Source of the DNA: Eukaryota sp. TZLM1-RC
Taxonomy: Eukaryota; Protista; Metamonada: BaSk clade
DNA: 64,000 nucleotides
Direction of reading: 5' to 3'
Assembly (NCBI GenBank): GCA_040285825.1
Contig: JAUPSS010000002.1
Location: 1,860,001 to 1,924,000, forward strand
Below the pieces are notes generated by a model that did no database searches, was not told the origin of the DNA, and saw only the letters and a list, made by a program, of their open reading frames with translations. This document shows positions 1 to 11,414 of the stretch, in pieces (the first letter of the stretch is position 1; each line of letters begins with the position of its first letter). The position numbers and the translations under genes are program-made.

Positions 1-89
1 GTAACAGAGTGATATCTTTCATTAAAGTTACACCCCCCCCCCACAAAAATAACTTTTTTTTAACATAAAAGAAGTTGATAATACTTTCG

Positions 90-570
90 GGAAACGCCGT
101 GCTGATTTATATACTCACGGGTCTGATGGTGTCATCAAAGTTGTTCATGTTGTCACTGTTGATGTTTGTAAAGAATCAGCAATTGATTTTGCCAAAAGGA
201 CGAAACTCCACTTTGCTTTGCTGAAAAGAGAAAAATAGAAAAGTACAAATAACCCTTATCTCGGCGTGGGCGTGTTGAGCATTTGAACTATGAGCTGGTT
301 CCATTTGCTGTTTCCCTATTTGGTAACATTGGAAAATCTGCTATTAAATTTCTTGATGGTTTCAGATGTTGAATAAGGGAAAGATCACGAAAAGTGTTGA
401 ACTTCAATTTCTGGCACAATAGAATTGCTTTATTATACTTAAAGCAATTCCCGAACTGATAACCAAAGCACTGTTGCAATAAGGAAGAGAGTATGAGAAT
501 CGCGCATTGAAGAGGTTTGATGTTGTTGATGCCTGTATTGAGGATATGGAGCTTCAGTTTTTTGTTTAGT
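90..570 (+). mobile_element. 3' fragment of RLE-type non-LTR retrotransposon (family L-c), degraded
   Basis: Manual translation gives (R)ADL...VVTVDVCK...AEKRKIEKY...ELVPFAVSLFGNIGKSAIKFL...NFWHNRI, the C-terminal restriction-like endonuclease region, with stops and frameshifts; related to 53280-53455. Confidence 0.75.
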
Positions 571-954
571 TGCTTTGTTTGTGTTCAAAATTGATAATAA
601 ATCTTGCTTAAGAAAACAAAAATGTTTTCACATTTTTATGAGTCACCTGCTCTATTATAGATAAATACAACTGCGGGTGTGCTGAGTACTCATAGGAACT
701 AAGAAGAGTATAAATATTTGGAAATCCCATTAAGTTTTCAGCAAATAGTGAATAAACACAAATTGGATATGAAAAAACCGATTTTGAAAATACAGAAATA
801 TATCGTGCTCTTTCAAAGCACATTGCCGGAAGAGGCGTATGTTACTAACAAAACATTTGTCCTACTAAAAATTTAAAACAAAAATAAAAATTTAACACTC
901 TATTAATAGTAATGCTAGTTTGAACTTAACAATTTCTTGGATATAAATATTACA

Positions 955-1025
955 GATCTCACTTGGCAAATTAAAATCATAACTAATGGGACGAAATTCA
1001 TTGAACCAAGATTGAACCAAGATTG
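955..1025 (-). mobile_element. Extreme 3' end fragment of non-LTR family L-b
   Basis: aaatcataactaatgggacga...ttgaaccaagatt matches the 3' end of the L-b copies at about 4930-4970 and 5840-5880. Confidence 0.6.
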
Positions 1026-1616
1026 AGATGTCTATTCGTCACGGGCTTACCAAATGTAAATCATGCGAATGTTTGTGAAATAAAGATCGAATTGCTTCGC
1101 TGAATATGATATGAGAGTATCGACAGCAACTAGTAGTCTTGGTGTCAAATAAGCCCTTTTAAACAGTTCCTCGAGACTGGAAAATTGATGTGTGAATAGA
1201 TTAAGTCCACCATGTATGTGAAAGAAAGCTGCTTGCAACTGTAATCAATAATGTAAAACGACCTTCGCTGTGACTTTCACAACCACGGCAAGCTGTGGAA
1301 TGTACTGTGGATTAAAGAAATGCCATTCTCTTATCAAAGTGTAATATAAAAAGTTCTGTACAAGTAGAAGGTGTGGAGTTAATCGGTACACTATTAGTAA
1401 ACAATAATTATCAAAGATGAGTAGAAAAACACGTAGGAAGAGTGCATGGGGAGCTCTAAAACTCAGAAAAGGAGGTAAGTGATAAAAATAAGAACCTAGT
1501 TGATGAAGTGAGGGGAAAGTGTGGAAATAGGGAACACCTCCCAAAACAGGCAGTCAGAAGTCGAAAATGGAGTGTTCAGTGTAAAAATTGTTAGATGAAC
1601 AGTTTACTCTCACTAC

Positions 1617-3550
1617 CTGACAGGCACCCACTCTGTGTTACGTGTATTCACTCGGTCTTGTGCACTTAACTCGCTAATGACCCCCGCAGTGGTGCAACAA
1701 ATTCGGATTGACCTTCCCTTGGTCACTGAGATTTGGGATGAAGCTTTTTTATTGCTTCAATTTTTTCTTCTAAAATTTCCGTTGGTATCTAGAGCTCTAG
1801 TGGAACAGGATGAATGGTTTCTTTTTATGACCGTCATCACCACTAATTCTTTTCCGAAGCCATCCACCTCCAGAGGCCAACACCAATTACTCCATATCTT
1901 TTACAGTGGATTTCTTTCTGATTGCCCACAAGATATGTCACTTGTTTCTTCATCGGAAAATTCTTCAGTGCCTTATAGAAATTCATTCAATCTTTTCCTC
2001 AATGATTGGCTGCAGTCTCAGAAATGTAATTTTATTAATAAAAAAGGGCTTTCTCATTGCCTTGCTTGTCGGGCCCGTCAATCGTTGAGACAAGTTTACC
2101 TAAAATTTGTCAATCCTGAACAAACAACTTCATTTGTGATCATTGTAGAGCTCTAGATAAAACGAATGTCTGTGCCAATAATTTTCTCTCTCTTTCACCA
2201 GATGAACCATTAGCCCAACCCGAAAAAGCAGTTGTTGATTCTGTTCTTCAACATTACATCAATTTCAATTTCAATAATTCAAGTGAAAGATTCTTTTTAT
2301 TAAATGCATGTGAGTTTATCTTCAAAGATTTCCTGCCACTGCTTCTCTACTGCCTTCACATGATAAAATCACCTTTTCATCAAAGGAAATTGAGGAGCTT
2401 TTTCTCTTTAATCTTGAAATTTCACAATACTTACTCATTTTTTTCTCTCTTATGCATTACTTGAAGAAATTTAGAACGATGCCTTCAGCTTCTCATGAAA
2501 GTTCGAAATTTCTTGAGGTTCCTTCACAAATTCTCCACTCTGTGAAGAAATTCCCACTTATTGAAGGATCATCTTCCGAAACAAAGTTGATCAAAAATAC
2601 ATGTCTGAAACGAATATACAAACAATGTCCTTACCAAAAATTTAATATCAACAGAAAAAATTTGAAAAATAGATTTAAAATTTTTTTATTGAAAACTAAT
2701 GGCAAAGAACTGCTTTTAACATTTGAAAGTAAAAATAATGACTCAGAAAACACAGATGAGCTGGATGACCCACCGAAAAAGAAAAGAAGATTAAAAAAAG
2801 AAATGAAAAGTGATCCTGATGCCAACAAAACCAGAGAAGCACAGTTGAAGGGCACTAAAACAATTTCCCGTCGAAGACGCACACATCCAGTCGAAATTAT
2901 ACCTGAAAGGCCCCTTATTGGGGTTGTTCTGGGCCAATCTAGATTATGTGGTTACTTCTTAAACGATAATCAATGTGGTGTTATTCCTTGTCCAACTGGC
3001 AGAAGATACATAACACAACCTTCACCCAGAAACATTTTCCCAACCAATATTCCATTCAAAATTTCAACCAATATTTGAACCATTGGATGTGGTCAGGAGC
3101 AAAATGTATTTGGAAAGTACTAGCCAGAAATGGGAAACAATTAAATTTGACAACCGCAGAGGAAAAGAGAAACGGTTCCGATAGAGCCTCAACAAATTTC
3201 AAAGGCTGGCTGCACATCCTGAAAAACTCTACCTTGCTGTGGGTTCTGCTACTTTCCCTTCTCATTGCCGAAAAGACAATCAATATGGATCAGCAAGGGC
3301 TTTCAAAAAATGGTTGTGTTATTAAAAGGACGTGAAGCACTTGGCAACCAGTGAATTTAATACAAGCAAACAGTCCAGTTGTTACATTGCCGAGAATATT
3401 CAAGCAGGCTTATGGCAGATGCGTATTTGTACTGAGTGTCAAACAGTATATGACAGAGATATTTCCGCTACAAAAAATATTCAAATTTAGAAGAAAGCGG
3501 AATTATGGCCGGAAAGATACATTTGCCCAGAAGACCTGTTGAGGAGATAA
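1617..3550 (+). pseudogene. Fanzor (TnpB-like RuvC RNA-guided nuclease), family B, frameshifted
   Basis: KTNG (WED), RPLIGVVLG (RuvC-I Asp mutated in this copy), SEFNTS, CTEC, DRDISA; several frameshifts. Confidence 0.85.
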
Positions 3551-4901
3551 ATGGGCAACCTGAGCAATTAGAAACAAACACTTTGGAAAAAATATTTTAT
3601 TTTGAGTTTTTATTTCATTTTAATTTTATTTTTAATTTTTTTAATATATTTTTTTATTAAAAACCTATAAATCAACATCTAAATAATCCATCTCTCCCAA
3701 AACAAAAACACTAGATGTAACTCTCTCATAGTGAGATCCAAGAGAAAGCAAAGCATCAGAAACCATCTTCAACATCCCCTTAAAGATAGAAAATACAATG
3801 CCATTTTGCCAAAACAATCTGTTGAAATTTCTGTTAGTTTTTCTCTTTACAATCATTTCAAAATCTTCCAAAAAACGTAAAGCCGTTGGTGCCAGTGAAC
3901 CAAAAAGAGAAAATACAAATGGATACAAATTGTATTTTGCATGCTGTAGATTGGCCAATTTGGACAAAGGTTCATTGTATTTTTTGAATTTGAAATTTTC
4001 AGCATTTGAAAGAGGATTATGAATTTCAGAATTAACAAGCCTTTCATTTGAGGCATTACAAGGATCAACAGACATTACATCCAATAAAATGAAGCTTCCA
4101 TCTAATCCAGGTAATATTACATCACCTCTATTATTCTTATGAAAATCATCTTCAGTATCAAACAGATTTGACAACAGAGGTTCCAACAAGGATTCAATTC
4201 TATGAGACTTAAACATACAATATAACTGGTTTTTTACAGCATCATGAACCTTGCTTCTAAAAATAATAAAATGTTTACAATTTAACAAATGAGTAATTGT
4301 AATTTCTCGAGAACATTCACAAATTAAATTATGAGGTAAATTATCAGGCCAGATAAAGGAACGGAATCTCATATTCAGAGTCCAAGCAGAATCAGTTAAG
4401 AGAGTACCATAAACTTGAGGAATTGTTCTTACTAAGGCAGAAGAAGTACTATTGCACATATCTTGTAAAAGATTTGCAAAAGCGGGATTCTTTATCTTGG
4501 CCAAGCCAAGTCTAACATCAAAGTCCAAGCTTTCAAAAATCTTTGACAATTTTTGTTGGAGCTTTTTACAGCAAAACTGCAAATTAAAAAGAGATCGGTT
4601 TGGAATTTCTTGAATTGATTGGGGAAAACATTTGGTCCAAATTTGTGGTGGCAATTTTTCAAGCTCACAAGATAACTCATGCAAATATGGTCTGCAACTG
4701 GGAACTAACAGATGAGAATCATCAGAAAATCTACGAGAAAATTCATAAATAAAATTTTTGCCACCACCCAAGAATGCTGATTGACACAAAATTGAAGATT
4801 TAGTAAATCCAATACCACCCAAATCTGTTGAAGGAAATAAGTCAGTTTTCAACACTACTGGTTCTACATCCAATAAATCAGCAAAAAATTCTGTTCTCAA
4901 T

Positions 4902-5677
4902 TAATTTATTGAATTTGCACACTTGATTAAATTAAATCATAACTAATGGGACGACTATCATTAAACCAAGATTTCCTCTACAAAATCTTGATTTGCTTGC
5001 TGTCTAGCTAAAGCTTCTCTAATTCGATTGAAAAACCGCGGTAATCTATTAATAATGGCAAATTGAATCCGTGAACGCCATAAAAAAATATCAAATCTTT
5101 TCATTGTTTTTTCTTTCACCATTTTTTGGAAGTCATCCAAAAAAGTTTCTGCTTCAACTGATAATCTTCCATTTATCGAAAATGGAAAAGCAATAAAAAC
5201 CAGCTGTGTATTTCTATCGATATTTGCATCTTCAATTTCTTTATCATATTTTCTATGTTTTTCTTTTGCTTTAAAATCCAGAGCAGCCACAGGATTAAGT
5301 TTTCTTCTGTGAACCAAAGTATCGTTTGCAACATTACATGAGACAAAGTCAACAATAGCTTCAGAATTATCAATCCAATCACAGTATACATCACCTCTAT
5401 CATCAGAACCAAAATTATTCAGAGAAAGTGTTTCTTTCAGCAGGGGCTCTTTGATACACGATATCCTTGCAGTTTGTGCCATATTGAAAACAGTGTCTCT
5501 AACAGCATCATGTAATGAAGAACGATAAGTTATCAATTTAGAGCAATTTAGAGCATGGCGCAAAGTGAGTTGAGGTGAATTCGAACAAATACATTTTTCT
5601 TTTGATAATAATTGGTTAATGGGGATGTTCAAATATAATCTCATTTTTGTTACAAATGCTTCATTAGTAGCACACAA
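4902..5677 (-). mobile_element. 5'-truncated RLE non-LTR element (family L-b) nested in L-a
   Basis: CIC...HALNC, RSSLHD, RGDV, VDF, KHRKY; 12-bp TSD tctgttctcaat at 4890-4901 and 5678-5689; uninterrupted site seen at about 54380. Confidence 0.9.
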
Positions 5678-5809
5678 TCTGTTCTCAATGAATTAAAAGA
5701 ATGACAAAAATCTAATGCTATGGAAGGAGCACAAAATCTCAAAATGTGGGTTATTCTCCCAATATAGCAAATTTTAAGCATGAAAAATTTAATATGTTTT
5801 TCTATATCT

Positions 5810-6629
5810 TGTATTTGTTGAATTTGCACACATAATTAAATTAACTCATAACTAATGGGACGACTATCATTGAACCAAGATTTCCTCTACAAAATCTTGA
5901 TCTGCTTGCTGTCTAGCTAAATCTTCTCTTATTCGATTGAAAAACTGAGGTAATCTATTATTAATGGCAAATTGAATCCGTGAACGCCATAAAAAATATC
6001 AAACCTTTTCATTGTTTTTTCTTGCACCATTTTTTGGAAGTCATTCAAAAAAGTTTCTGCTTCATCTGATAATCTTCCATTTATCGAAAATGGGAAAGCA
6101 ATAAAAACCAGCTGTGTATTTCTATCGACATTAGCCTCTTCAATATCATTATCATATATTCTATGTTTTTCTTTTGCTTTAAGATCAAGAGCAGCCACAG
6201 GATTAAGTTTTCTTCTGTGAACCAAAGTATCATTTGCAACATTACATCAGACAAGCTCAACAACAGCTTCAGAATTATCAATCCAATCACAGTATACATA
6301 ACCTCTATCATCAGAACCAAAATTATTCAGAGAAAGTGTTTCCTTCAGCAGAGGCTCTTTGATACATGATATTCTTGCAGTTTGTGCCATATTGAAAACA
6401 GTGTCTCTAACAGCATCATGTAATGAAGAACGATAAGTTATCAATTTAGAGCAATTCAGAGCATGGTGCAAAGTGAGTTGAGGTGAATTCGAACAAATAC
6501 ATTTTTCTTTTGATAATAATTGATTAATGAGGATATTCAAATATATTCTCAATTTTGTTACAAATGCTTCATTAGTGGTACACAATCCAAATCTTCGTGG
6601 TACAATGGTTACAAAAAGTGAAGAATCTG
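5810..6629 (-). mobile_element. Second L-b RLE non-LTR copy nested in L-a
   Basis: Close copy of 4902-5677 with frameshifts; atatct duplicated at 5804-5809 and 6630-6635; the L-a frame (DSISSLDI/EKHIKFF) rejoins across it. Confidence 0.85.
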
Positions 6630-6937
6630 ATATCTAAAGAAGAAATTGAATCAAGTTCAATTTGCATTGTTTCCAAAATAACTTGCAATTCATTCAGAAT
6701 TTGAAGCACGTTTCCTAACCAATAACCAAGGAACTTAAAAGCATCACTACTATAATAAGTAAAAGGGACAATAGAATCATTTATCACGAGATCTTGAAGC
6801 AGAAGAGCCAATCAGAAGGCATTTGCTCGCATTAAGATGAAGCCCAATATTTTCATATGAATCAGCAATTTCTTGAGCAACCAATTCTAGTAAATCAAAT
6901 GAACCAATCAAGGATATATCATCTGTATTAATTTTTT

Positions 6938-7185
6938 GAAAAACTTTTGAGACCGATCTACAGATGCCTTAGTAGCATTTGGTAGATCCACTGAGATATA
7001 TCAAGTCGCGAGGTTTTGTTCTGTGAAAGCAGTAGGTGTCCTTAAGTGACCCATTGATGAAGATCATGATTGTCTTTGTCAAATGACGCTACATGTCTCT
7101 TACAGCCTGTGAATAGACATTGATAAAGTTGAAAACAGGAGTGAATTTCACAGGGGAATGCATGATAAGTGAAATTCACAGTTAT
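6938..7185 (+). ncRNA. Candidate omegaRNA / structured 3' terminus of Fanzor family B (copy 1)
   Basis: About 250-nt non-coding block conserved at 19609-19861 and 25091-25310; several hairpins including GCGA and GAAA tetraloops. Confidence 0.6.
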
Positions 7186-7235
7186 GACTCACACATCATC
7201 CAAGAAAGGACCACTGTATCATATTACCATTTCAA

Positions 7236-8012
7236 ATGCTGCAAGTTGACCTGGGTAGCATAAGTCAGCGCACACCCTTCTCTTCAAACACTCAATCCTT
7301 CTACCTTTCTCCCCGTGCCACACTTAATCAATCCAACTCACATAAATTAAGATTAAAATCCCCTGGAGTAGATCATCCCATCAATCCAGGACTACAGATA
7401 CCTTCACCTTGTACAAATAATCATCAAGCACATTTATTTGAACTTCCTGCAAAACAAGCATCCTCTGAGCCACTTATATTATACAGAGGAAACTTCAACT
7501 CAGACCACATATCCTCACCTTTCAACTACATTGAACGTCCTTCCACCACTCAAATCCACCATAAACCCTTAACACATTCATCACACCTCTCTCTTGCTAG
7601 AATGATATCCATTAATACCCCTATACCACAACCATCCACACCTCCAAGGAGAAGAAGGAACTCACCAACTGAAATGGTTCAGAGTGTCTCCTCAGCACCT
7701 TTACAGATGTTTTTACCTGGTCAAGTTCGGAATTCAGATAAAGTGAAACGGGAAGTAGAAGATCCCAATCTTGTACTTAAACCATTTAAATCTCCTAGGG
7801 GTTTTAATTCACGATCTTTGACATCACGTGTTCGGTCAAGGAAGGTCAACAGTCGGGTAAAATCTTTTGACCCTGATGCCTTTTTTGAAACAAGGAGTTC
7901 GAAAATTCAGACTTATCCTTTTTATCCACAAAAAACTAGAAAAGATGCTGGTAATTCTTCTGTGAAAGGTCTGGTTTTGGAAAAAATTGATGAAGTTTTA
8001 GGTTTGTCCTAG
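7236..8012 (+). CDS. Hypothetical Ser/Pro-rich protein (258 aa)
   Basis: Long ATG-initiated ORF followed by a T-rich 3' region; no recognisable domain. Confidence 0.65.
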   Translation: MLQVDLGSISQRTPFSSNTQSFYLSPRATLNQSNSHKLRLKSPGVDHPINPGLQIPSPCTNNHQAHLFELPAKQASSEPLILYRGNFNSDHISSPFNYIERPSTTQIHHKPLTHSSHLSLARMISINTPIPQPSTPPRRRRNSPTEMVQSVSSAPLQMFLPGQVRNSDKVKREVEDPNLVLKPFKSPRGFNSRSLTSRVRSRKVNSRVKSFDPDAFFETRSSKIQTYPFYPQKTRKDAGNSSVKGLVLEKIDEVLGLS

Positions 8013-8207
8013 TCACTTTGTTGTTAAATTATTGGGTAAAAATCAAATTTAATGATTGATTGGGGGGTTTGTGTTAATTACCTGTTTTCTTGTTTATATT
8101 AAATATTTAATTAGGGTATTGTTTGGAAATTGGTTTCCAACGTTGATTTTTGATAAAGTTTGTTTTTGAATATGTTTCCTCAACAAGTGGAATTTTTTCA
8201 AACTTTG

Positions 8208-9074
8208 AGCCATGGTGCTCGAATATGAAACTGAACAGCAAAGAAATAGTCGGGTGATGAATGAAGACAAGAAATTCAAATGGTTGAGAATGACTCAGAT
8301 GTCCTGGTCTTTGAAAAGCAGGATGATTGAAAAACAAAAACGATGGGCGACAAAGTATACTGAGGTAGATTACAACAGGAGCCAAATGATAGAGTCTAAC
8401 CAAATGACAATCGAAGATGCAAACACCCAATTATCCGCATTTGCTGCCAATTCAGCAGCTTTTATAGGTTTTTCCAATTTTGTGGTTGCCAAACTTCGCC
8501 AAGTTGTTTTTGACAATTGACTTTTACAGTCTTGACTTGTGGAGCATTCATAAAATGCAAGCTTTTATTCACAAACAAAAGACTGAAAGTTGGTTGTTAA
8601 AAAGCCTTGTTGAGAATTTTGGCAATCCAAAAGACACTTGAATAGTAATGGGTGATTATGGTAAAAAAGGTTCCAAGAATTTACAACATCAGAGACCTAC
8701 TAGAGGCATTGGATGGATTCAATTTCTGAAAGGAAATGCATTGGACTTATTGATGATTAATGAAGCTTGCAGCAAAATGTCCTGTTTGTTTTGAAAAGGT
8801 TGCTACGTTTTTAAGGGTACCAAATCCTAGATTCTATAGAAGAGAAAAGACTCCAGTTCCTACATGTCACAGTTTATGAGCTTGTAATAGTGAGAGTTGC
8901 AAACTCAGTAACAAAGGCTCAACAAAGATTTTCAATAGAAATCAGCTGGCTTGTCTGAATAGTTTGTAGTTGCTGAAGCCAGAATGAGTGGTAATGAAAG
9001 GCCTCAATATCTGTGTAGTAGATATTTTTTGCAATTATTCCGAAAAAAGATTGTGTACATATGGGAATTCCCAC
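8208..9074 (+). pseudogene. Fanzor family A 3' fragment (bridge helix, RuvC-II, zinc finger, RuvC-III) with terminus
   Basis: Matches 41687-42559 and 50915-51790; ends in tgggaattcccac. Confidence 0.85.
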
Positions 9075-9121
9075 TTACACAAAGACCATCTAATTCATTG
9101 TTGTAGACAACATCTATAAGA

Positions 9122-10525
9122 ATGACAGCAACACGGGTACAGTGCAAGCTCCCAAACCCCCTGTTACTCAAATGCATCTCTTTTCTCTCTTGTACATGTC
9201 TTTTAAAGTTACGGTTAGTTTCAAAACGCTTCAAAACCTCTATACAACTACATCTATCATCTGTAAGTGAACTACAGTTTGATCAAAAACTCTCAAACTA
9301 TGTTCGAGCACATTCTCTTCTTCCTTCCTTTTTGACCACATGCAAGTCACTGGAGGTTGTATCGTTACAACTATGTGACTTTTCATTTACCATCACCTCT
9401 TCTCTCTTCACTTATATACCCTCAACTACCTCAATTAAGCTCCTTAACCCTGTATCCCTAACGAACAAATTTGCCAACCGCTTTTATGCCATCCAGTGCA
9501 ACCAACTCAAGCCACTTCTTTCTTATACCATTTCTCCACAAAACAAGGAGCTTCATTTGTTTCTAGTAAAGGCATTTCCCCGTTCTCTTGACTCCAGGGT
9601 GATTGCTCGTCATCTTTTGGCTCTAACCAACTGGATTGGGTCACAAGAAGCGCACTTGACTCATTTTTTTGGTAATTTCTCCGCCGCAAAAGCTTATGGA
9701 GAATTTATAGATTTGTTTCTGCTGCCAGCTTTAAGTAAATTTAATTTGACCAAACTGACTTTAACTAGATTTCCAGATCTTTTAAACAATAGCGATAAGT
9801 ATTTTAATGATAATTGCATTCAAGAATTAGTATCGGATAGGTTCATTTCACCAGAAGTGGTCAATGCTTTTCTTGTCAATCGACGCAATCACTTGCCGTT
9901 TTCGATTGAAATGATGATTCAGAAAAGTCACCAGCTGTCAACAATCACTGACAAGGCCACCAAACTTAATTTAGCAATTGTTAGTAACTCTGAGGTTATT
10001 GATTTAAAACGACTCTATAGATTAGAGAGCCTAAAAATGGAAATTTGTGATGTTTTTAAAGAACTTTTATTACCAGAATCACTCTACTTTCTCTCCATAG
10101 ACGCAGAATGCTTAAATGCAGACTTTAAGTTTAATTTTCCTCCTTTTTTGAATGAAATTGAATTTTGCACAACTGAAATTGGCTTTTATGATTTAATTTT
10201 ATCTATTGAGGATCTAAACTACCTCAAGAGAATGTCGTTTCTTAACTGTACAATAGTTTTTTCTGGTAGACACTGGAACCTACTCCCTACCAAACCTTCC
10301 TTTCCTTCCACTGAGGTCCTTTTAGACTACACAGGTTGTCACCATGCAGGTGATGGAACTGAGCCTCCCTTTAATCTTTGCTGGGTTTGTTATTCAAGGG
10401 TGTCGTCTCTGTTTAAGTCCTTGGAACTTGTACCGGGAATGGATAGCATTAGTGAAGGTGAAGGTAGTGAAGTTGGGGAGGGTGAAGATATTATCGGCAA
10501 CATGGATTTGTCAGATGTGGATTAG
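9122..10525 (+). CDS. F-box / LRR-like protein
   Basis: N-terminal LPNPLLLKCISFL...LRLVSKRFK F-box pattern and Leu-rich repeats. Confidence 0.75.
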   Translation: MTATRVQCKLPNPLLLKCISFLSCTCLLKLRLVSKRFKTSIQLHLSSVSELQFDQKLSNYVRAHSLLPSFLTTCKSLEVVSLQLCDFSFTITSSLFTYIPSTTSIKLLNPVSLTNKFANRFYAIQCNQLKPLLSYTISPQNKELHLFLVKAFPRSLDSRVIARHLLALTNWIGSQEAHLTHFFGNFSAAKAYGEFIDLFLLPALSKFNLTKLTLTRFPDLLNNSDKYFNDNCIQELVSDRFISPEVVNAFLVNRRNHLPFSIEMMIQKSHQLSTITDKATKLNLAIVSNSEVIDLKRLYRLESLKMEICDVFKELLLPESLYFLSIDAECLNADFKFNFPPFLNEIEFCTTEIGFYDLILSIEDLNYLKRMSFLNCTIVFSGRHWNLLPTKPSFPSTEVLLDYTGCHHAGDGTEPPFNLCWVCYSRVSSLFKSLELVPGMDSISEGEGSEVGEGEDIIGNMDLSDVD

Positions 10526-11414
10526 GGGCAGTTTTTGGACTGTTTTCCTCTTGTGTCTTTGGCAATTTCATTTTCCTTGTATAGTGTTTTTTTTTCTGTT
10601 TTTTTTTCTGTTTTTACTTTTTGTTTATTTGTTTTTGCACTTCTTGTCACAATTCTCTTTTATAAAAAATTACCATCATTCTTGGCCTTTTTTATTTTTT
10701 CACTTTGAATTTTTTGTCAGTGATTCAGTTCTATGACTCACATCATTTTAAAATATTTGAAAAAAAATCCAGTTTTTCCTGGACCATTGAAGAAAAGCAA
10801 ACAATGTCGTCACAGTGTTCTCAACGAAGAAATTATGACATGAAGCAGAATTGGTCGCTCAAGAACTTTGTTTTGTTTGAAAGTTATATTTCGCTAGCTT
10901 ATATCAGTGAAAACCTCTACAAAGTTAGACCTCTATGTACTGAACAATTGCCAATAGAAGCACCACAAAAGTACAGATTATGTAACGAAATCGAAGTATA
11001 ATAACCCATTTAGGGTTTATACGATTTTATTGTTCTTCACACACAAACTAATGTTCTAAAGCGAGTTATATAAATATTATTTGATATGATCAGATGTATT
11101 CAGTTTAAAGTTCATAACTTCACATTATTTAAAAATAATGAAGAAGAGATTGTTGATATCGAAACGGGTTATTTGGATTTGTTCTTAGCCAATAAGGAAA
11201 AGAACACTGTCTGGAAAAGGGAGTAGACCACTTGTTCTCAAAGCATTTGTCTTCAAAAATTTTGCTCAATTTCTCAGATGACTGTTTTTCCCGTGCATTA
11301 TTAGTTAAATCTTCAGAATTATTAACGAAATTTTGTTCAACTTAGTGTGTAAGTTTAATAAAAGTTGAAACATTTCAATTTGAAATTTTCAAATGCAAAC
11401 CCTTCCAACAAACA

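Larger units (their letters stand above)
3642..6927 (-). mobile_element. 5'-truncated RLE-type non-LTR retrotransposon (family L-a): end of RT, CCHC zinc knuckle and RLE
   Basis: ORF 3665-4900 has CEC-x7-HLLNC, RSKVHD, RGDV, LLDV, KKY; RT motifs TDDISLIG and FLG at about 6720-6927; 10-bp TSD ttaatttttt at 3632-3641 and 6928-6937. Confidence 0.9.
1113..7185 (+). mobile_element. Fanzor family B element, copy 1, interrupted by a nested LINE stack at 3642-6927
   Basis: Colinear with 17064-19861 from gagagtatcgacagc to ttcacagttat once the LINE (flanked by duplicated ttaatttttt) is removed. Confidence 0.85.

Noticed and set aside
1047-1544. Minus-strand ORFs in the family B 5' leader as a divergent transposase
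   Set aside because: The same frame has several stops in copy 2, differences are mostly non-synonymous, and there are no motifs.
7050-7090. ttgatga...gaaa as a hammerhead ribozyme, or the terminus as a group I intron
   Set aside because: The CUGAUGA core is absent in all three copies, and no group I P/Q/R/S elements were recognised.
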